A DNA stretch of 64,000 bases from Candidatus Rubneribacter avistercoris (GTDB taxonomy: Bacteria; Actinomycetota; Coriobacteriia; Coriobacteriales; Eggerthellaceae), in assembly GCA_019115845.1 (NCBI GenBank), contig DXCU01000004.1:44561-108560 (forward strand), in the 5' to 3' direction. A program made the position numbers and the translations under genes. How positions within the stretch are numbered: the stretch's first letter is position 1; every line of letters begins with the position of its first letter. This document shows positions 8,112-17,411 of the stretch, one piece after another. Under the pieces are notes generated by a model. That model was not told the DNA's origin. It saw only the letters and a list, made by a program, of their open reading frames with translations, and ran no database searches.

Positions 8112-9093
8112 AGCCGCTTCGCGCCTTTCTCAACAGCAGGATGAACACCGGGCCGCCCACGATGGACATGACGACCGCCGCGCTGATCTCGTAGGGCGCG
8201 GCGATGGTGCGCCCCACGGTGTCGGCCAGAAGCAGGCAGAACGCGCCGAGCACAACCGAATACGACACGAGCGCCTTGTGCGAGGAGCCCACCACAAGCC
8301 GCGCGATGTGCGGCACAATGAGGCCGAGGAAGCTGATGGGGCCGATGATGGCCGTGGACACCGACGCCAAAAGCACGGCGACGGCCGAAATGAGCATGCG
8401 GTTCTTGCTCACGTCCACGCCCAGCGAGCGCGCCGTCTTGTCCTCGAGCGCCAGAAGGTCGCAGCGTTTCGCCACCAGCAGGGCAAGCACCAGGCCGATG
8501 GCCCCGTAAAGGGCGATCGTCTGGAAGTCGTCCCAGGTCTTCATCGTGATATTGGCGTCCACCAGGCTGGTCACGCTGTTGGAGGTGGCCCCGCCGCTGG
8601 AACTGAACGCCGACATGATGCCCGTGAACATGGCGCTTGCCGCCACGCCCACGAGGATGATGCGCAGAGGCGACAGCCCGCCGCGCCACGACAGGCTGTA
8701 CACCAGCAGAAACGCGACAAGCCCGCCGGCGAACGCGAACACGGGCGTGAAGAACAGAAGCGCCGGGAAGAACCCGGTGACCAGCACGGCGGCCAGCGAC
8801 GCGCCAGAGCTGATGCCGATGATGCCCGGATCGGCCAGCGGGTTGCGGATGGCGGCCTGCAGAAGCACGCCCGACACCGCCGTGGCCGCGCCGCCCGCCA
8901 TCGCGATGAAGATGCGGGGGAAGCGCAGGTCGTAGATGGTGGACACAGCGTCGTCGTACGCCACGAACAGGCCGCTTGCCAGCTGCTCGGGCGTCACCTG
9001 CAGGCTTCCCGCGTTCACGGCGACCAGAAACAGCGCGACAAGCGCCGCCGCCGTGACGACGAACGCCGCCGCTTTGCGCAAGGGGCTTACCAT
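8101..9093 (-). CDS. FecCD-family ABC transporter permease
   Basis: 330 aa and polytopic. It has the typical FecCD blocks (..LRFPRI....GGA.A.SG..LQ...RNPLADPGI.GISSGA..). Confidence 0.9.
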   Translation of the reverse strand: MVSPLRKAAAFVVTAAALVALFLVAVNAGSLQVTPEQLASGLFVAYDDAVSTIYDLRFPRIFIAMAGGAATAVSGVLLQAAIRNPLADPGIIGISSGASLAAVLVTGFFPALLFFTPVFAFAGGLVAFLLVYSLSWRGGLSPLRIILVGVAASAMFTGIMSAFSSSGGATSNSVTSLVDANITMKTWDDFQTIALYGAIGLVLALLVAKRCDLLALEDKTARSLGVDVSKNRMLISAVAVLLASVSTAIIGPISFLGLIVPHIARLVVGSSHKALVSYSVVLGAFCLLLADTVGRTIAAPYEISAAVVMSIVGGPVFILLLRKARSGYGE

Positions 9094-9105
9094 GCGATAC
9101 CTTCC

Positions 9106-10146
9106 TTATTCCTGTTTGTCCACGATGCTGGCCACCCCGGAGCCTGAGCCGCCCGCACTGCCTGCCATGCCGGCGACCGCATCGGCGACGGCTTCGGCAT
9201 TGCCCGCGGCCAGGGCCTCGGCCGCCGCCGCAGCCGCCTGCTCGCCCACCGCGGCGCCGTCGCCGCCCTCTTGCCCTCCGTAGAGGATGGGTTGCAAGGC
9301 CTCAAGCGCCTCGGGGTAGTTGAACTCGGCGCTCATGCCGAACTTGTCGGAGGGGAGGTCGTGCACCTGCCCCTCCTGCACGGCGCGGAAGTGCTTCCAA
9401 ATGTCGTTCGTGGCGAACTCGTTGGCGAACATGGCCATCACCTGGGTGGGCAGGGCATGCGACGTGCGCAGGATGATGTCGGGGTCGCGCGCTTGCATGT
9501 CCTCGGTGTTCACGTTGATGAACTCCTCTGCGGCATCGGCGTAGACGTTGCGCCCGCCGGCCAGCTCCACGAGGCTGCCCACGTAGCTGTTCGGCGTGGC
9601 CACCACGTACGAGCCGGGAACGCCCATCAAGATGAGCACCGTCGGCGCCTCCTTGCCTTCGTTTCGCGCGCGATACTCCTCGATGAACTGGGTGTACTCG
9701 CTAACGAGCGCCTGGGCTTGCTCCTCGCGGCCGAACTTCTCGCCCAAGTAGGAGATGGAGTCGTACATGCCCTGCACGCTGCGCAGGTTGAGGAACACCG
9801 AGGCCATCATGGCCGAGGCGTACTTCGGCTGCAGATCGCTTTGCAGCGAGTTGGGAGAGAGCACGTAGTCGGGACGCAGCGATTTCAAGATCTCCAGGTC
9901 GGGAGCCATGGCCGTGCCCACTTGGTCGAGGTCGGCGTAGCGTTCGGGCAGGCCGCGCGACGTGGTGGGCACGCCCACGAGGTTAAGCTCCAGCTTGTCG
10001 CAGATCTCGGCGACGGCGGGCGAGGTGGCCACGATGCGCGGCTCGTAGGCACCGTCTTCGCGTTCGGCGCGCTCGGGGTGCTGGTCGACGCATCCCGCCA
10101 GCGCGAGCGCGCACGAAAGGCACGCCGCGAGGGCGACGGCAGCCAT
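9106..10146 (-). CDS. ABC transporter substrate-binding lipoprotein (Peripla_BP_2 type, haem/siderophore class)
   Basis: The internal start MAAVALAACLSCALALAGCVDQ (lipobox LAGC) is at 10146. Core: ..RIVATSPAVAEICDKLELNLVGVP..LRPDYVL.. There is an unusual Ala/Gly-rich C-terminal tail of about 60 aa. Confidence 0.8.
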   Translation of the reverse strand: MAAVALAACLSCALALAGCVDQHPERAEREDGAYEPRIVATSPAVAEICDKLELNLVGVPTTSRGLPERYADLDQVGTAMAPDLEILKSLRPDYVLSPNSLQSDLQPKYASAMMASVFLNLRSVQGMYDSISYLGEKFGREEQAQALVSEYTQFIEEYRARNEGKEAPTVLILMGVPGSYVVATPNSYVGSLVELAGGRNVYADAAEEFINVNTEDMQARDPDIILRTSHALPTQVMAMFANEFATNDIWKHFRAVQEGQVHDLPSDKFGMSAEFNYPEALEALQPILYGGQEGGDGAAVGEQAAAAAAEALAAGNAEAVADAVAGMAGSAGGSGSGVASIVDKQE

Positions 10147-10189
10147 GCGGCGCGCCGCCCTCGCAATCCCACGCGATGCCGATGCGCGC

Positions 10190-11350
10190 TTAGGCACGGG
10201 CCGCGTCCTCTCCGTCACTTTCGCCGCTGGACGCGTCAGCCCCGCCAGAAACCTGGGCGCCCTTGCCGGAACCGACTGCCAAAACCTTCGCCGCGCCGCC
10301 CTCCTCGGCCGCTGTGGCATCGGCGCCTTTGCCCGCGCCGGTCATGCCGGGTGCGCCGGGTGCGCCAACCGCTCCAACCATGTCGGTCGCGGACGCGCCC
10401 GCAGACGCTCCCGACACGCCGCCGCCCTGGCCCGTCGGCGCCGCCGCAGCCGCTGCCGCGGCAGCCGCCGCGCTCGCCTGCCGCGCGCGCTTCGGACGCA
10501 GGTACGCCGCGTACGCTGCGACACCGACCGCCACGGCCACCGCCGCCGCAACGCCCATCACCATGAGGACGGTGCCGCCATCAAGCGTAGCCTGCGCCTG
10601 CTTGTCGCCCGTGACCTCGCGGCCCTCCTCGTCGAACTCCTGCACGCCCTCGTTCTTGGCGGCGTTCGTCAAATCGTCGGCATCCTGCGCAGGCTCCTCG
10701 GTCGTCGCGCCGTCGCCCGAGGCCGTCGCGCCGTCGCCATCGGCGGTCGGGGCCGTCGCAGCGGCAGCCGCCGCATCGTCGGCGCCCTGCCCAGGGGTCA
10801 CCGACACCACGAACGTGCCGTCAGCGTCGCCCTCCTGCAGCTCGCCGAACCGGATGAAGTAGACGACCGCCCGACCCATGGGGATGACGTCCATGGAGCA
10901 GCGGATAGTGGCCGTTTCGCTGGGGATGGGCAGGCGATAATCAGCCGTGGCCGTCCCCGTGGCGGCATCGGTGCCCGTCTGCATCTGCGCGCCTGCGGCC
11001 GGCGCATACGTCGAGCCGTCAGCTGACGTCTCGAAGGAGATGGCGCTTATCTGGTCGGCCAGTTTGAAGCGCAAGCTGGCGTACAGCGTGCCGTCGGTGT
11101 CGCGCTCGATGAGCGCGCTTTGGTGGACGATGCTCTCCACCATAGACTCGCCCAACGCCACGTTGCTCTGGCCTGCGGAGTCCTCGATGACGCCGGTCGC
11201 AGGGTTTTCGTAGGTGGGAATCGCGGAGGCCGTGTGCACGGCCGAGACGGCAGCGAACGCGCTCCCCGGGAAAACGGCGCTCGCCGCAAGGACGAGCGCC
11301 GTTGCCAGGGCGCATGCCGCCGCAGTCGCGACGTGAATGCGTCTGGTCAT
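10190..11350 (-). CDS. signal-peptide protein with one NEAT-like module, a TM anchor and an Ala/Gly-rich tail
   Basis: Signal peptide ..AVFPGSAFA. The module ..ESMVESIVHQSALIERDTDGTLYASLRF...ISFETS... has NEAT-like beta-sandwich periodicity. It also has a TM helix (VLMVMGVAAAVAVAVGVAAYAAYL) and sits in the operon with the haem-type ABC importer. Confidence 0.55.
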   Translation of the reverse strand: MTRRIHVATAAACALATALVLAASAVFPGSAFAAVSAVHTASAIPTYENPATGVIEDSAGQSNVALGESMVESIVHQSALIERDTDGTLYASLRFKLADQISAISFETSADGSTYAPAAGAQMQTGTDAATGTATADYRLPIPSETATIRCSMDVIPMGRAVVYFIRFGELQEGDADGTFVVSVTPGQGADDAAAAAATAPTADGDGATASGDGATTEEPAQDADDLTNAAKNEGVQEFDEEGREVTGDKQAQATLDGGTVLMVMGVAAAVAVAVGVAAYAAYLRPKRARQASAAAAAAAAAAAPTGQGGGVSGASAGASATDMVGAVGAPGAPGMTGAGKGADATAAEEGGAAKVLAVGSGKGAQVSGGADASSGESDGEDAARA

Positions 11351-11371
11351 GCTGTGCCTTTCAGTTGGTTC

Positions 11372-13699
11372 CTACTTGCCGCTGCGCGAAGCGCGCCGAC
11401 GGCTTGTCGCCAAGACGGCTCCGGCCGCCCCCAGGGCGCCCAAAGCGCCCGCCAACGTGGCAAGCCCCGCGGAGGAGTCGCCGGTCTTGGCCAGGCTGGA
11501 CGACGAGGACGCCGCCATGCCGTTCGCGCCGGTGCCCAGATCCTTCGCCTGGGAGAGGCGCAGATGCATGTCGGCGGTCTGCGCCTGGCCGATGCCCAGC
11601 TGCTCCATCATGGTGACGGACATCTCAATGGGGATGACCACGTCGCGTTCGGCAGACGGAATGGACAGCGTGAACTGGTCGCCGCTTCGGGGGATGGCGC
11701 TGCCGTTGTGCGAGAGCGACTTGATGTAGTTGAGTCCCTCGCTCGTGGCCGCGAACGACACCTGGAACGTGCCGTTTGCCTGCGGACGCACCAGCGCCGT
11801 GTCGCCGAAGTACTTCGCCGCCATGGACGCTTCGGAGCTGTTGTGCTTCATGAACGCGATGGGCACCTGGTAGGTGTGGCCCACCTGGAACTTCGCCGTC
11901 GCCTCGTTGCCGGTGGCGTTATTGTTGGGGCCGTCGTTTCCGCCCGAGGGAACGGTCGGACTCTCCGGCTTGATCTGCTCGCCGGACTTCGTGGGCAGGA
12001 CCGTCGTGTCGATCTGCAGGTAGCCGGTTTGGGTCATGGCCCCCATCCCGGGCACGGTCAGGCCGAACTTCAACGCCACGGCCTTCACGATGGAATCGAC
12101 CGTTGCCCGGTAGGCTCCGCCGCCCAAATCCTCCACTCCGTCGATGGAGGTGATGAACCGCTGCCCGTCAGGCGTGACCTTGAACGTCACATGATACGCG
12201 GACCCCGTCCACGCAATCGCGCCCTCAGGCTCGAAGTAGGCGGCCGCCATGGAGTCGGTGCCGTCGTCTTTGACCAGCTTCACGGGCACGGCGTACTCCT
12301 TGCCCTGCACCAGCAAAAAGCCGCCGGGCGTCTCAACGGCATCGCCGTTTTCCTCGCCGGGCTGCTCGCCGGGGGTTTCGCCGGGCTGCTCGCCACCTTG
12401 GTTGTTGTAGCTTGCGATAGCTCCGTTCAGCGCAGCTGCCGCAGCGTCGAGGTCGGCTTTGGAGGCGGCGGGGTTTCTCACCACAGCCTGGGCGGCGGCA
12501 AGGGCATCGGCCACGGCCTTGTAGGCGTCGGTGCCGTCGTCCTTGATGTCCTTGGCGGCGGCCAAAGCGCCGTTGATGGCGGCGCAATCGAAGAAGCGCA
12601 TGATCATGTTATGGGTGTTGGACACCTGATGGCCGCCCATGGACACCGTGTAGCCGAAGCTGAACTCGGCGGCGCCTGACACATCGGCAACATGCAGCTT
12701 GTACTCCCAGGTTCCATCTGCGTCCTTGTCGGGGTCCACGCTCGCGCCCGAAGCGTCCTTCATCCAGAACGTGCCGCCCACCATGTTCACTGTGCTCGCC
12801 GGAACGGGAACGGACACCTCGTAGCCGCCCGCCTGGGACTTCACGGCTTGCACCTCGGCGGGAAGCATGCCGGAGAACGCGTTTCCGGAATCTTTCACGA
12901 AGTAGGAGACGGGCAGTATCTGAGCTTGGGGAGCAGACTCGCTCGCCTCGAATTTGCCGACAGCGTTTTCCAAAGCTGCGACAGCGGCATTCACGGCGTC
13001 TTGGTCATCGGCGCCAAGCGCTCTCTTGGCTTCGTCGATCGCCGCCCGCAGAGCCGCGTTCGCCTCCTCGGTCTTGTCGCTTTGCGCCAAGAGGCCCTCG
13101 GCGTTGGCGATGGCCTTCTCGAGGGCGTCCGTGTTCACCTGGTCCTCGTCGGGCGCGGGCGCGGGTGCGGTGGTGGACAGGGAGCTGGCGTCGATAGCGA
13201 TGGTGATTGCGACAGTGGATCCCATCCCGCTGATGTGCGCGCTGCCGCTCGCAACGTCGGAAAGCTTGTCGGCAGAAAACGTGAACGTGTAGGTTCCGTT
13301 GCCGGCATCAACGGCGTTCTGCTGAACGCCTCCGACGTTCACCCAGGAAACCATGGACGCCATGCCGCCTCCGGCCGTCAGCGTCACGTTCCATTTGCTG
13401 CCATCGTACGCAGCCGTGACGGAGTTTCCGAACACGCCTTTCACCATGCTCGTGCCCATCGCACTACCGCTTGCGGCCGCAAACGCGGTGGGGAGCGAAT
13501 AGGCTTTGTCCCTCTCGACGTAGAAGCCGTCGGGGGTCTGCACGGTGCCAGCCGCCGCCGTTGCGACCGCCCCGCCCTGCGCGCCCGATCCTGCTTCGGC
13601 AAGAGCCGTCGCGGGCGCCATGCTCAGCGACAACGTTGCCGCCAGCATGACCGCCATCCCTCCCTTGGCAAACGCGAAAACCTGCCGTGATCTTGCCAT
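11372..13699 (-). CDS. cell-wall-anchored multi-NEAT-like surface protein with an LAKTG sorting signal
   Basis: Signal peptide MARSRQVFAFAKGGMAVMLAATLSLSMAPATALA. There are four repeats of about 120-130 aa, two with the NEAT S-x4-Y segment (DSMAAAYFEPEG, EASMAAKYFGDTA). The C-terminus reads ..SSLAKTGDSSAGLATLAGALGALGAAGAVLATSRRRASRSGK (LAxTG, hydrophobic stretch, basic tail). Confidence 0.7.
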   Translation of the reverse strand: MARSRQVFAFAKGGMAVMLAATLSLSMAPATALAEAGSGAQGGAVATAAAGTVQTPDGFYVERDKAYSLPTAFAAASGSAMGTSMVKGVFGNSVTAAYDGSKWNVTLTAGGGMASMVSWVNVGGVQQNAVDAGNGTYTFTFSADKLSDVASGSAHISGMGSTVAITIAIDASSLSTTAPAPAPDEDQVNTDALEKAIANAEGLLAQSDKTEEANAALRAAIDEAKRALGADDQDAVNAAVAALENAVGKFEASESAPQAQILPVSYFVKDSGNAFSGMLPAEVQAVKSQAGGYEVSVPVPASTVNMVGGTFWMKDASGASVDPDKDADGTWEYKLHVADVSGAAEFSFGYTVSMGGHQVSNTHNMIMRFFDCAAINGALAAAKDIKDDGTDAYKAVADALAAAQAVVRNPAASKADLDAAAAALNGAIASYNNQGGEQPGETPGEQPGEENGDAVETPGGFLLVQGKEYAVPVKLVKDDGTDSMAAAYFEPEGAIAWTGSAYHVTFKVTPDGQRFITSIDGVEDLGGGAYRATVDSIVKAVALKFGLTVPGMGAMTQTGYLQIDTTVLPTKSGEQIKPESPTVPSGGNDGPNNNATGNEATAKFQVGHTYQVPIAFMKHNSSEASMAAKYFGDTALVRPQANGTFQVSFAATSEGLNYIKSLSHNGSAIPRSGDQFTLSIPSAERDVVIPIEMSVTMMEQLGIGQAQTADMHLRLSQAKDLGTGANGMAASSSSSLAKTGDSSAGLATLAGALGALGAAGAVLATSRRRASRSGK

Positions 13700-14362
13700 G
13701 CTTCAACTCCTTTCCCATCGTGCGCGCAGCGCCCCAAGCGCAAGCCCCACCCGACGGCATACCGCCCGCCAGGCAAAACCAACCGCGCGAATCTCGCCGC
13801 ATCTTGCCTTTCGCGCTCCAGGAATGCTTCGCTCGCACAAATGTTAACCTAAAGAAACTTTTTGATTTATAGCATGAACGCAAGGGGGACGCTCGCGACT
13901 TTCCGTTTCCAAGTGTTAATTATGGTTAACTTCACGGTATCTTCACGATTCGGGAGGAACGCGAAGCCCTTGCAGCCACGTTCGACAAGACTCGCCTCCC
14001 TTCCCCTCCTCCGCCGCCTTGGCTGCAAACGACGCCCTATGGCGCGAGAAAAGCCATTTCGCATGGCAACACCAGACCGCGATGCTCGCGACCTGGGATT
14101 TTCCAACAACAGCGACCGGAAGGGACAGCGAAAAGGGGTCCAAGCGCGCCACAGGGCGCGGCTTGCGGCCAGAACGCAGCCGCCCTCTGTTAAATCAGGA
14201 TTGACGCGAACCCGCTTTGGCCAATCCTCGGACCGGGCTTCCCCTGATCGGACGCTTCGGAAAGTCCCGCCCGCTCGTCAGGGAGGGCCTTCCGAAGCGC
14301 CGGCGGAACTTTGCCCGGCGGGCCGGCCCGGCCATGTCGGTTCCGGTTCAACGAGGGGCGTT

Positions 14363-14432
14363 TTCGGCCCTGCCTCCGCCGCTGCGGACGCAGGCGGCCT
14401 CGCGCCTCAAGCACGAACGGCTTGCCGTCCAC
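14363..14432. repeat. 70-bp direct repeat, copy 2 (orphan copy of the ABC ATPase 3' end with the stop codon mutated)
   Basis: ttcggccctgcctccgccgctgcggacgcaggcggcctcgcgcctcaagcacgaacggcttgccgtccac. No ATPase-like coding sequence continues on either side. Confidence 0.9.
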
Positions 14433-14554
14433 CCCCAAGAACCCCCTTGTTACGAACTCGTAAGCATTCTGTAAGCAGCTGCCAAGGCTTTCGCAAAGAC
14501 CAAGCATCATACTGGGACGAAACGACAGACAGCACACAAGCACTGGGGAGAACC

Positions 14555-14680
14555 ATGGGAAAACCTCTGGGCACAACTTGCAAAACGCTCGCAGCCGTCA
14601 TGGCAATTGGTGCAATTGCCCTGGTCGTCTGCTTGTTCAACGAAAGCAGCCGGGTCAGCTACCCCTCCCGCAAGCGGTAA
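14555..14680 (+). CDS. possible 41-aa small membrane protein
   Basis: ATG preceded by GGGGAG 4-5 nt upstream: MGKPLGTTCKTLAAVMAIGAIALVVCLFNESSRVSYPSRKR (one TM helix). It lies in an otherwise ORF-poor spacer and is speculative. Confidence 0.2.
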   Translation: MGKPLGTTCKTLAAVMAIGAIALVVCLFNESSRVSYPSRKR

Positions 14681-14857
14681 AGCCCGCAAAGCGCCCACGC
14701 ACCGCCGCGTTTCGGCGGCGCACAGCATCCGCGTGCTCTGCCAGCGTGCCCGCCGAACGCCCGCCAACGTCCCAACGCGCAGGCAAGCCCCCTCCCCGCG
14801 TTGCCGAGGCCGCTTGCCTACGCGCCAGCAAGCCGCACCCCTTCAACAGGCCGCCGT

Positions 14858-14927
14858 GCGCCCCGCACGACGCGCCTGCGAATCCGGCACACCGGCGCGC
14901 CCCGCACGACGCGCCTGCGGATCCGGC
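14858..14927. repeat. two copies of a 31-bp unit at 39-bp spacing
   Basis: gcgccccgcacgacgcgcctgcgaatccggc (14858-14888) and gcgccccgcacgacgcgcctgcggatccggc (14897-14927). Confidence 0.85.
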
Positions 14928-14981
14928 GTCGCCCGCAGTCGTCGGCCGCGCACCCGCAGCGCCGGCGCGCGCCTTGCGGCC

Positions 14982-16205
14982 CTACTCCTCCTTCGGCATC
15001 CGCGCCAGCAGCACGAACCCCACCACGAACAGCGCGGATATGGACAGCACGCCCACCGAGGCGTTGCCGGTCAGCTGCGTGAACACGCTCACCAGCAGCG
15101 TGCCCATAACGGCGGCGTACTTGCCGAACACGTCGAAGAACCCAAAGTGCTCGTTGGCGCGGTCCTTGGGCACCAGCTTGCCGAACTCGGAGCGCGACAG
15201 CGCCTGGATGCCCCCTTGGAACAAGCCCACGCACACAGCCAGAATCCAAAATTGCAGCGCCTCGCGCAAAAAGAACGCGGCGAACAACGTGATGCAGAAG
15301 TACGCGAACACCGCCGTCATGAGCATGCGTCGCGCCCCGAACCGCGTGGCCAAGCGTCCGTAGGCGATGGCCGACGGAAACGCCACGAACTGCGTCAGCA
15401 AGAGCGCCAGCACCAACTGCGTGGAGTCTATGCCCAGGTCGGTGCCGTAGCTGGTGGACATCCTGATGATGGTGTGCACGCCGTCGATGTAGAAGAAGTA
15501 CGCCAGCATGAACAGGCGCAGGCGCTTATCGCGCGCGATGCCCTTCATCGTGGCCCACAGGCCGCAAAACGTCTCGCGCAGCAGATGCCGCTTGCGCTCC
15601 TTGTAGTGCGTCTGATGCACGTCGCGGATAAGCGGCACGCTGAACGCCACCCACCATGCCGCCGTGATGAGGAAAGCCGCCTTCATGCCCGTCGCCGCGT
15701 CGATGCCCACCGACGGCCCTCCCAGCACCACGGCCAGGCACGCGATAAACGGGATGCACGAGCCCACATAGCCCCAGGCGTAACCCTGCGACGACACCTC
15801 GTCGTAGCGGTCCTCGGCGGCCGCGTCCACCAAAAACGCGTCGTAGAACACCATGGACCCGTTCAGCATGATCGACGACACCACGTACACCACCAAAAAC
15901 GGCAGCGCCTCGGCGGGAATGCCCAAAGCCGCGCACGCCACCGCGCCCGTGCCCATGAAGCCCACGAAAAACTTCTTCTTGTTGCCCTTGAGGTCGGCCA
16001 AGCTCCCCAGCACGGGCATGAGCAGCGCCAAAATGAGCGCCGCCGCCGTCTCGGCATAGCCCCACGCCACCACCACCGACGAGCCGGGTTCGGCCAGCGA
16101 GGCGAAGTAGACGGGTATGAGCGCGGTGGAGAGCATGACGAACGCCGAGTTGCCCACATCGTAGAGCACCCAGCTCCTCTCCTGCCTGGTCAGTTTGCCG
16201 AGCAC
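14982..16205 (-). CDS. MFS transporter, UMF1/Atg22-like family
   Basis: This is the C-terminal part of the 983-aa ORF 14982..17933. The family N-terminus is KLTRQERSWVLYDVGNSAF. The likely GTG start at 16205 is preceded by GAAAGGGA; an alternative ATG lies at 16268. The upstream part of the long ORF is antisense to real genes. Confidence 0.85.
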   Translation of the reverse strand: MLGKLTRQERSWVLYDVGNSAFVMLSTALIPVYFASLAEPGSSVVVAWGYAETAAALILALLMPVLGSLADLKGNKKKFFVGFMGTGAVACAALGIPAEALPFLVVYVVSSIMLNGSMVFYDAFLVDAAAEDRYDEVSSQGYAWGYVGSCIPFIACLAVVLGGPSVGIDAATGMKAAFLITAAWWVAFSVPLIRDVHQTHYKERKRHLLRETFCGLWATMKGIARDKRLRLFMLAYFFYIDGVHTIIRMSTSYGTDLGIDSTQLVLALLLTQFVAFPSAIAYGRLATRFGARRMLMTAVFAYFCITLFAAFFLREALQFWILAVCVGLFQGGIQALSRSEFGKLVPKDRANEHFGFFDVFGKYAAVMGTLLVSVFTQLTGNASVGVLSISALFVVGFVLLARMPKEE

Positions 16206-16328
16206 GGTTTCCCTTTCTGTAAGGTTTTTCGCAAGCGGAAAAACGACGGTTAACAAGCGCTCGCACATTGTATACTGACAGCGTTGGAAGCCATAGGTAA
16301 AATCGAGGTCAGAAACGGAGTTCGCGCC

Positions 16329-17405
16329 ATGCCGGCAATCATCGCGCACGATACGTTCGGACGGGAGGTCTACGACCGCCACTATCCCCTCATCGGGGGC
16401 TCGCGCGACGAAGCCGATGCGTTCCTTTTGGGAAACCAAGGTCCTGACCCGCTGTTCTTCGCGGTGCTCAGCCCCAGCCTGCATGCGCACAGCCGCCTGG
16501 GCAGCACCATGCACAGCCAAAAGCCCGCGGATCTGCTCGCGGCGCTCAAGCAGTCGCTGACCGTTTTGGAGGACGGCGAGCGGGCCGTGGGCCGCGCGTA
16601 TGCCCTGGGGTTCCTCTGCCATCACGTGCTGGACTCCACGCTGCACCCGTTCGTGTACTTCCACGAGCACAGCCTGTGCGACGCGGGCGAGCCGGGCCTT
16701 TCGCGCGCGGACGGCCACGAGGTGCACGGCATCATCGAAAGCGAGCTGGACGAGCTGGTGCTGTTCACCAAGCGCGGGACCACGGTGGCCGCGTTCAACC
16801 CCGCAACCGACATCCTCAAAGCCAACGATCGCGTCCTGGACGCCATCTCCAAGATGCACGCCTTCGTAGCATTGACCGTGTACGGGCGGTTCGTCCCCGC
16901 GGACCTGTTCGCGCGCTCCGTGCGCAACTACCGCCTGGCCCAAGCCGCGTTCCACTCGCCCACCGGCGCGAAGCGGGCCCTTGCGGGCAGGATCGAGCGC
17001 TTGGTGCGGCCGCACTCGTTCTTCCAGGCCATGAGCCATCGTCCCGTGGAGCTCACGGAGAGCGTCTTCGACAATCGCGACCGCCGCGCGTGGGAGAACC
17101 CTTTCACGGGCGAGGTGCGCACCGAGAGTTTCTGGGACCTCTACGACAAGGCGCGCTCCTGCGCCTGCGCCGCCATCCCGACGTTCGATCGGCCCGGATT
17201 CAACGTGGAGGCCGCCCGCGCGATCACCCACGACCTGGACTTTTCCGGAAGGCCGACGACCGCCGTGGTGCTGTCCGTGGAGGACGGCCCGAACGCAGGC
17301 GATCCGAACGCAGGCGATCCGAACGCAGACGGCCCGCACGCAGGCGGTCCGAACGAGGCCGGCCCGCATGCGGACGACGCGCAAACCCCGGCCGAAAGCG
17401 CGTAG
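16329..17405 (+). CDS. zinc-dependent phospholipase C-like family protein
   Basis: Start MPAIIAHDTFGREVY.. at 16329, with His-rich metal motifs (GNQGPDPLFF, LGFLCHHVLDSTLHPFVY, HGIIESELD). The C-terminal tail carries DPNAG-type repeats. Confidence 0.7.
   Translation: MPAIIAHDTFGREVYDRHYPLIGGSRDEADAFLLGNQGPDPLFFAVLSPSLHAHSRLGSTMHSQKPADLLAALKQSLTVLEDGERAVGRAYALGFLCHHVLDSTLHPFVYFHEHSLCDAGEPGLSRADGHEVHGIIESELDELVLFTKRGTTVAAFNPATDILKANDRVLDAISKMHAFVALTVYGRFVPADLFARSVRNYRLAQAAFHSPTGAKRALAGRIERLVRPHSFFQAMSHRPVELTESVFDNRDRRAWENPFTGEVRTESFWDLYDKARSCACAAIPTFDRPGFNVEAARAITHDLDFSGRPTTAVVLSVEDGPNAGDPNAGDPNADGPHAGGPNEAGPHADDAQTPAESA
17284..17372 (+). repeat. degenerate 15-bp in-frame tandem repeat (DPNAG/DGPHAG pentapeptides)
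   Basis: ggcccgaacgcaggc gatccgaacgcaggc gatccgaacgcagac ggcccgcacgcaggc ggtccgaacgaggcc ggcccgcatgcggac, lying within the tail of the PLC-like gene. Confidence 0.7.
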
Positions 17406-17411
17406 CCGGCC

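Noticed and set aside
13841-13852. TTAACCTAA upstream of the NEAT operon resembles the right half of a DtxR/IdeR iron box.
   Set aside because: The left half (TTAGGTTAG) is absent, so it is a half-site only. This is insufficient to call a regulator binding site without a matrix scan.
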